Source: Acanthaster planci
Lineage: Eukaryota
Assembly (NCBI RefSeq): GCF_001949145.1
Contig: NW_019091402.1
Coordinates: 186,001 to 248,000, forward strand
DNA: 62,000 bases
Reading direction: 5' to 3'
Part shown: positions 58,301-62,000 of the stretch, in pieces
How positions within the stretch are numbered: the first letter of the stretch is position 1
Layout of the letters: every line of letters starts with the position of its first letter
Notes under the pieces: generated by a model
What the model was told of the DNA's origin: nothing
The model's database searches: none
What the model saw: the letters and a program-made list of their open reading frames with translations, nothing else
Translations under genes and position numbers: made by a program

Positions 58301-61300
58301 AATTGTTGGGCACGAGTGAGATTGTGGAATCTCCAGTAACATCTCTGGCATGGATAGGAAATGTGTTACCAATTCTTCTTAACTCTTTAAGGAGGAACAG
58401 CTACATGTTTTTGTTGTGAAACACTCAAACCAGATTATTCCATTAAGGCTTAATTGGTTGCAGGCATAATCTTTTTAAACCTTACAAACAGTCCAAGTTT
58501 CATCTTTTACTGCATAGCAACAGCAGTTTCAAACTGCTTGTTCCTGTTCACAAGTTTTGATATAAACCTTTGGCCCACACGTATCTAGAGACTAGTACTG
58601 GTTTACCATGCAATTTTCTTATTACAACAATTTCAAAGTTCTCGTCTTGTAGACAAGTTTTGCAGGCAACTTGAGGGTAGCCAAAATGAAACTTTTATCA
58701 CTGCAACAACATTTTCAAAAGTTCCAATTTTGCACATGTAGGCCCAATAAATCAAATTTCAATTACAGTTTTGCAACAAAGCAAGCCAATTCAACTATTT
58801 GAAATCTGAAACAGTTACAGAATGTGTTTTTTTAATGGATCATTGTGCAAAGTGAGAATGATTTCACTATAAAAAATTACTCAGGATCCAGATGTTCACT
58901 TAGCTCTGCACTTTACAAGAGATCAAACACACGGCGAGTGACCAGAGAGAAAAAAAATCATAATTGGGCGGTTCGACCCCAAATGAATGTTTTGAGGACC
59001 CTGGGGTAAAGTCCGTGATGCAGGCTGGTACTTCTGTGGGTTTGTGGTGGGCCCTCATACTGACCTGGGGCGGGCCTCTTGGTGGCCCCTAGGTCCTGTC
59101 AATCAATCCAACATGTCAGCAGTATCTAGGCCAATATTTTAAAGACTCTCATTTCGCCCATGACTTCTCAAGACTCAAGTCGGCCACCATTCTGGGTACA
59201 ATAGACAAAGTGTCCATCCACGACTCATTCAAAAAAATGTGATGGCCTCACATAAGCTGCGTACAAATCTAAATTGTACCGAGAAATTGTCCGAGAAATC
59301 TGGTTCGAAATCCATCGATGGGCCACCTCCGATTCGCAGTCCCTTTAACGAGTAAACTTCTGGAGCAAACTCAACCTTTGAAATGACCGGAGCCGAGACG
59401 TGTCATTTCTCAGATCGGTGCACCCGTTAAATCTTTCAAGGTGGAGAGTGTGGCCTAATTAAAACATTTGTTCTGGGCCAAAGATAATATGAGTTTCCAT
59501 CATTCAGGGGTCTTTGGGCAGATACAGATGTTGAAGAGAGCATAGCATGCTCGTGAAGTGAGATTGGTATCTAAAATATTGGTGCCATTCATGTGGCTCA
59601 TTTTGAAGGACTGGAATGACAAATTCTTTTCTGGTCTTTAAAAAACTACCAACTCTTGAATGAAGGCTTTGTCACAGTACTGAATTCAAACTCAACTGTA
59701 TTCTCAAAAAAATCGTGAAAAACCTACATTTTGATTAGGGTTTAACTAATGCTAATGAAACAGAAGGAACAAAGTTTGTTCAAACAGCCTCACTGGATTA
59801 AGCAAAATGGCGAGCTTCATTCTATTATTTTCATTTCATTTTATCGATATTGATTGTTTATTTTGGTAAAGTTATGTCCATTCAATCTGACAAATGTGCC
59901 AAGGGGAAAATTTTGACACAGAATGTCAGCTTTTCGGGCAGCAAACATAAACTTTCACACACCTGGCTCTATTAATCCCCAGACAATCTCAGAGTGTCTG
60001 TGGCCTTTGTACCAAAGGTTATTCATTAATGCGAACTGCAGCTCCAGAGGGCTCCACAATATAAACGGCTGCTTTGAACACCATACTTGCCCGGCAATAC
60101 ATTGTCTTGTTTCTGGGTCTGCTGTGTCATGGGAGAGAACAACGTATGCTCAGGCATGACTGGAGGTACGCAGGAATGTAGCAATCAGACTGGTGGCATG
60201 CCTTGACTCGACCTATTGGCATTTTTGTGTACTTCCTCATGATGCAAGACTTAGAGACGCAAGATCCCCGTGCTTGGAAGGAAGAATGGATTCATTAATC
60301 AGGCAAAACATTTCAGGAAAAAAAAGAGAAAAAAGGGCTTAACACGCCATCCTCATGGGGTTGGTTTCATTTTTGGAAATGTAAAGTGGTCTTGTAACAA
60401 CTGCAGAAATTCAATGCAAATTATGCATGTTCATTGTTTAGTCATGTGCATTCACAGAAACGGATCTGAAATGTCAGTTTTGGCATGCAGTATTCGCTAC
60501 GGTATTTGCTCTGCAAGGCATACACTAAATCTACAGTTCTTCAGAAACTCTGGGAACACTGCAAAGTCTGCATTGCAGTTATTGGGCCGTACTTTGCCAA
60601 TAATTGCTATTGTTACAGCAAATTAGATGTGGTTACAACCACATGGTGTTACAGCATGAACCGAAACTAGTGTACTGTACATGACAAAGTGAACCATTCC
60701 ATTGCATTAATTTACTACATTCTGAGAAAGTGAAACAAGTTTTGCAAATGTGGTAAAGATTGATCACTTTATATAAAAATAATTGAAAGGTATTTTATGT
60801 TTCGTTTATATCTGTGATTCTCACACTGTTTTTCCATGTGCCACTGTCCAAACAGAGATCTGTAAAAACTGAAACAACATACACAAGTTTGGTCCTAATA
60901 GAAATAATAATAGGAATCTAGGTAACCTTCTTTTCCCACTATCCAGGGATCCCTGACGTTTATTAATGCCTGTCACTTGCCACAGGACTTGCATACACAA
61001 ACAGTATTCAAGATTATATCAATGAAAGACAATATCACAAATTTGCTCTGGTTTTTGCAACATGTCAATGGCTCAACTCCAAGTGCATGTACATGTTCAT
61101 AGTCTGGTGTGGTTTCACCATCTAGTTTTCGCATGAAAATTTCAGTCCACTAAGGAGGTGAACATTAATACACACCCATTCTTTCTGACAAACTAGGCGG
61201 ATCGTGACAACACCAGAACTAACAACTTGAGTGCGGTCATGACCATGCCTATTGCCCAGTATATAGGCGCACTTTAAAGTCAATGTGCTCAGCCTGAAAA

Positions 61301-61764
61301 AACACCTGCCTGGGGTATCAATCAAGCCGACTGGCAATATGTAGGGACAGGGACAAAATGCCCTGATTTATCTGGCCCATAACTGGCCAATATAGGCCAC
61401 TTGTCTTTCAATTAAGTGTTCTACTTTCTGCCACCCCCCCTTCTCTTTTTGACACAAGGCTCCTGACTTTTTAACACTCCTGCGCTGACAAAGCTACAAG
61501 ACTCAGTCTTGGTCCTCCATTCTTGAACCCTTCCACTTCACTCTGACCTGGTTAAGGTATTCCCAAGAGCTTGTAGGGGTCTTTAAAAAGCCCCCAAAAG
61601 GATTCCTCCCGTGATTCCGTAATGGGAGGGCATGGCCATGCACCTGGCCTGTTAAGTAATGGCCCACAACTGGCCCACAATTACTTCTACTTCAATTAGC
61701 AATTCTGACCAGCTGAAGAACGAGCCCTATAAATGACGTCTGATGAGGTTGCTTTCAGAAGACA

Positions 61765-61814
61765 TGGGTAAGATTGAAAGAAAATAAACTGGGTAAGATT
61801 GAAAGAAAATAAAC
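61765..61814. repeat. 25-bp tandem duplication
   Basis: tgggtaagattgaaagaaaataaac occurs twice. Confidence 0.8.
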
Positions 61815-62000
61815 TATCAATGAAATATGTGTAATCACCACAGGTTGGAGGGCCCTACAATAAGCTCCATGGTGGTTGGTACACCCACGTTCATGTTTGC
61901 CTAGACACACCCCTCAAACCTATTTCATGTGCTCTATACCAACTTTTACTAATGGTAAAATGGAGGATTTCCCTGAGTAAAAGAGATTGGTTGAAAAATC

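Overview
Eukaryotic, intron-rich animal DNA. The gene content and repeat style suggest a marine invertebrate deuterostome such as an echinoderm, but this is inference. I built the gene models by hand from GT-AG boundaries and checked exon phases. (1) 1-14.5 kb: a + strand tandem array of at least three paralogous type-I membrane receptor genes. The architecture is signal peptide / WSC domain / Sushi (CCP) domain / Ser-Thr stalk / TM / a cytoplasmic tail with conserved tyrosine motifs (NxxY, PPxYSxV, YAT, two WV[ED]NxxY). I do not recognise this as a named family, and it is the most novel part of the window. (2) 18.4-23.1 kb: CIMIP2C (FAM166C/C2orf70) on the - strand, 4 exons. (3) 23.5-32.9 kb: RSPH10B on the + strand, 18 exons, head-to-head with CIMIP2C across a 446-bp spacer carrying RFX X-box-like motifs. 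(4) 39.7-55.3 kb: the last six coding exons of eyes absent (EYA) on the - strand, with large introns; the 5' part lies beyond the window. There are also several small TIR elements (one Kolobok-like, two 59-bp piggyBac-like), tRNA-derived SINE-like pieces, minisatellites and three assembly gaps.
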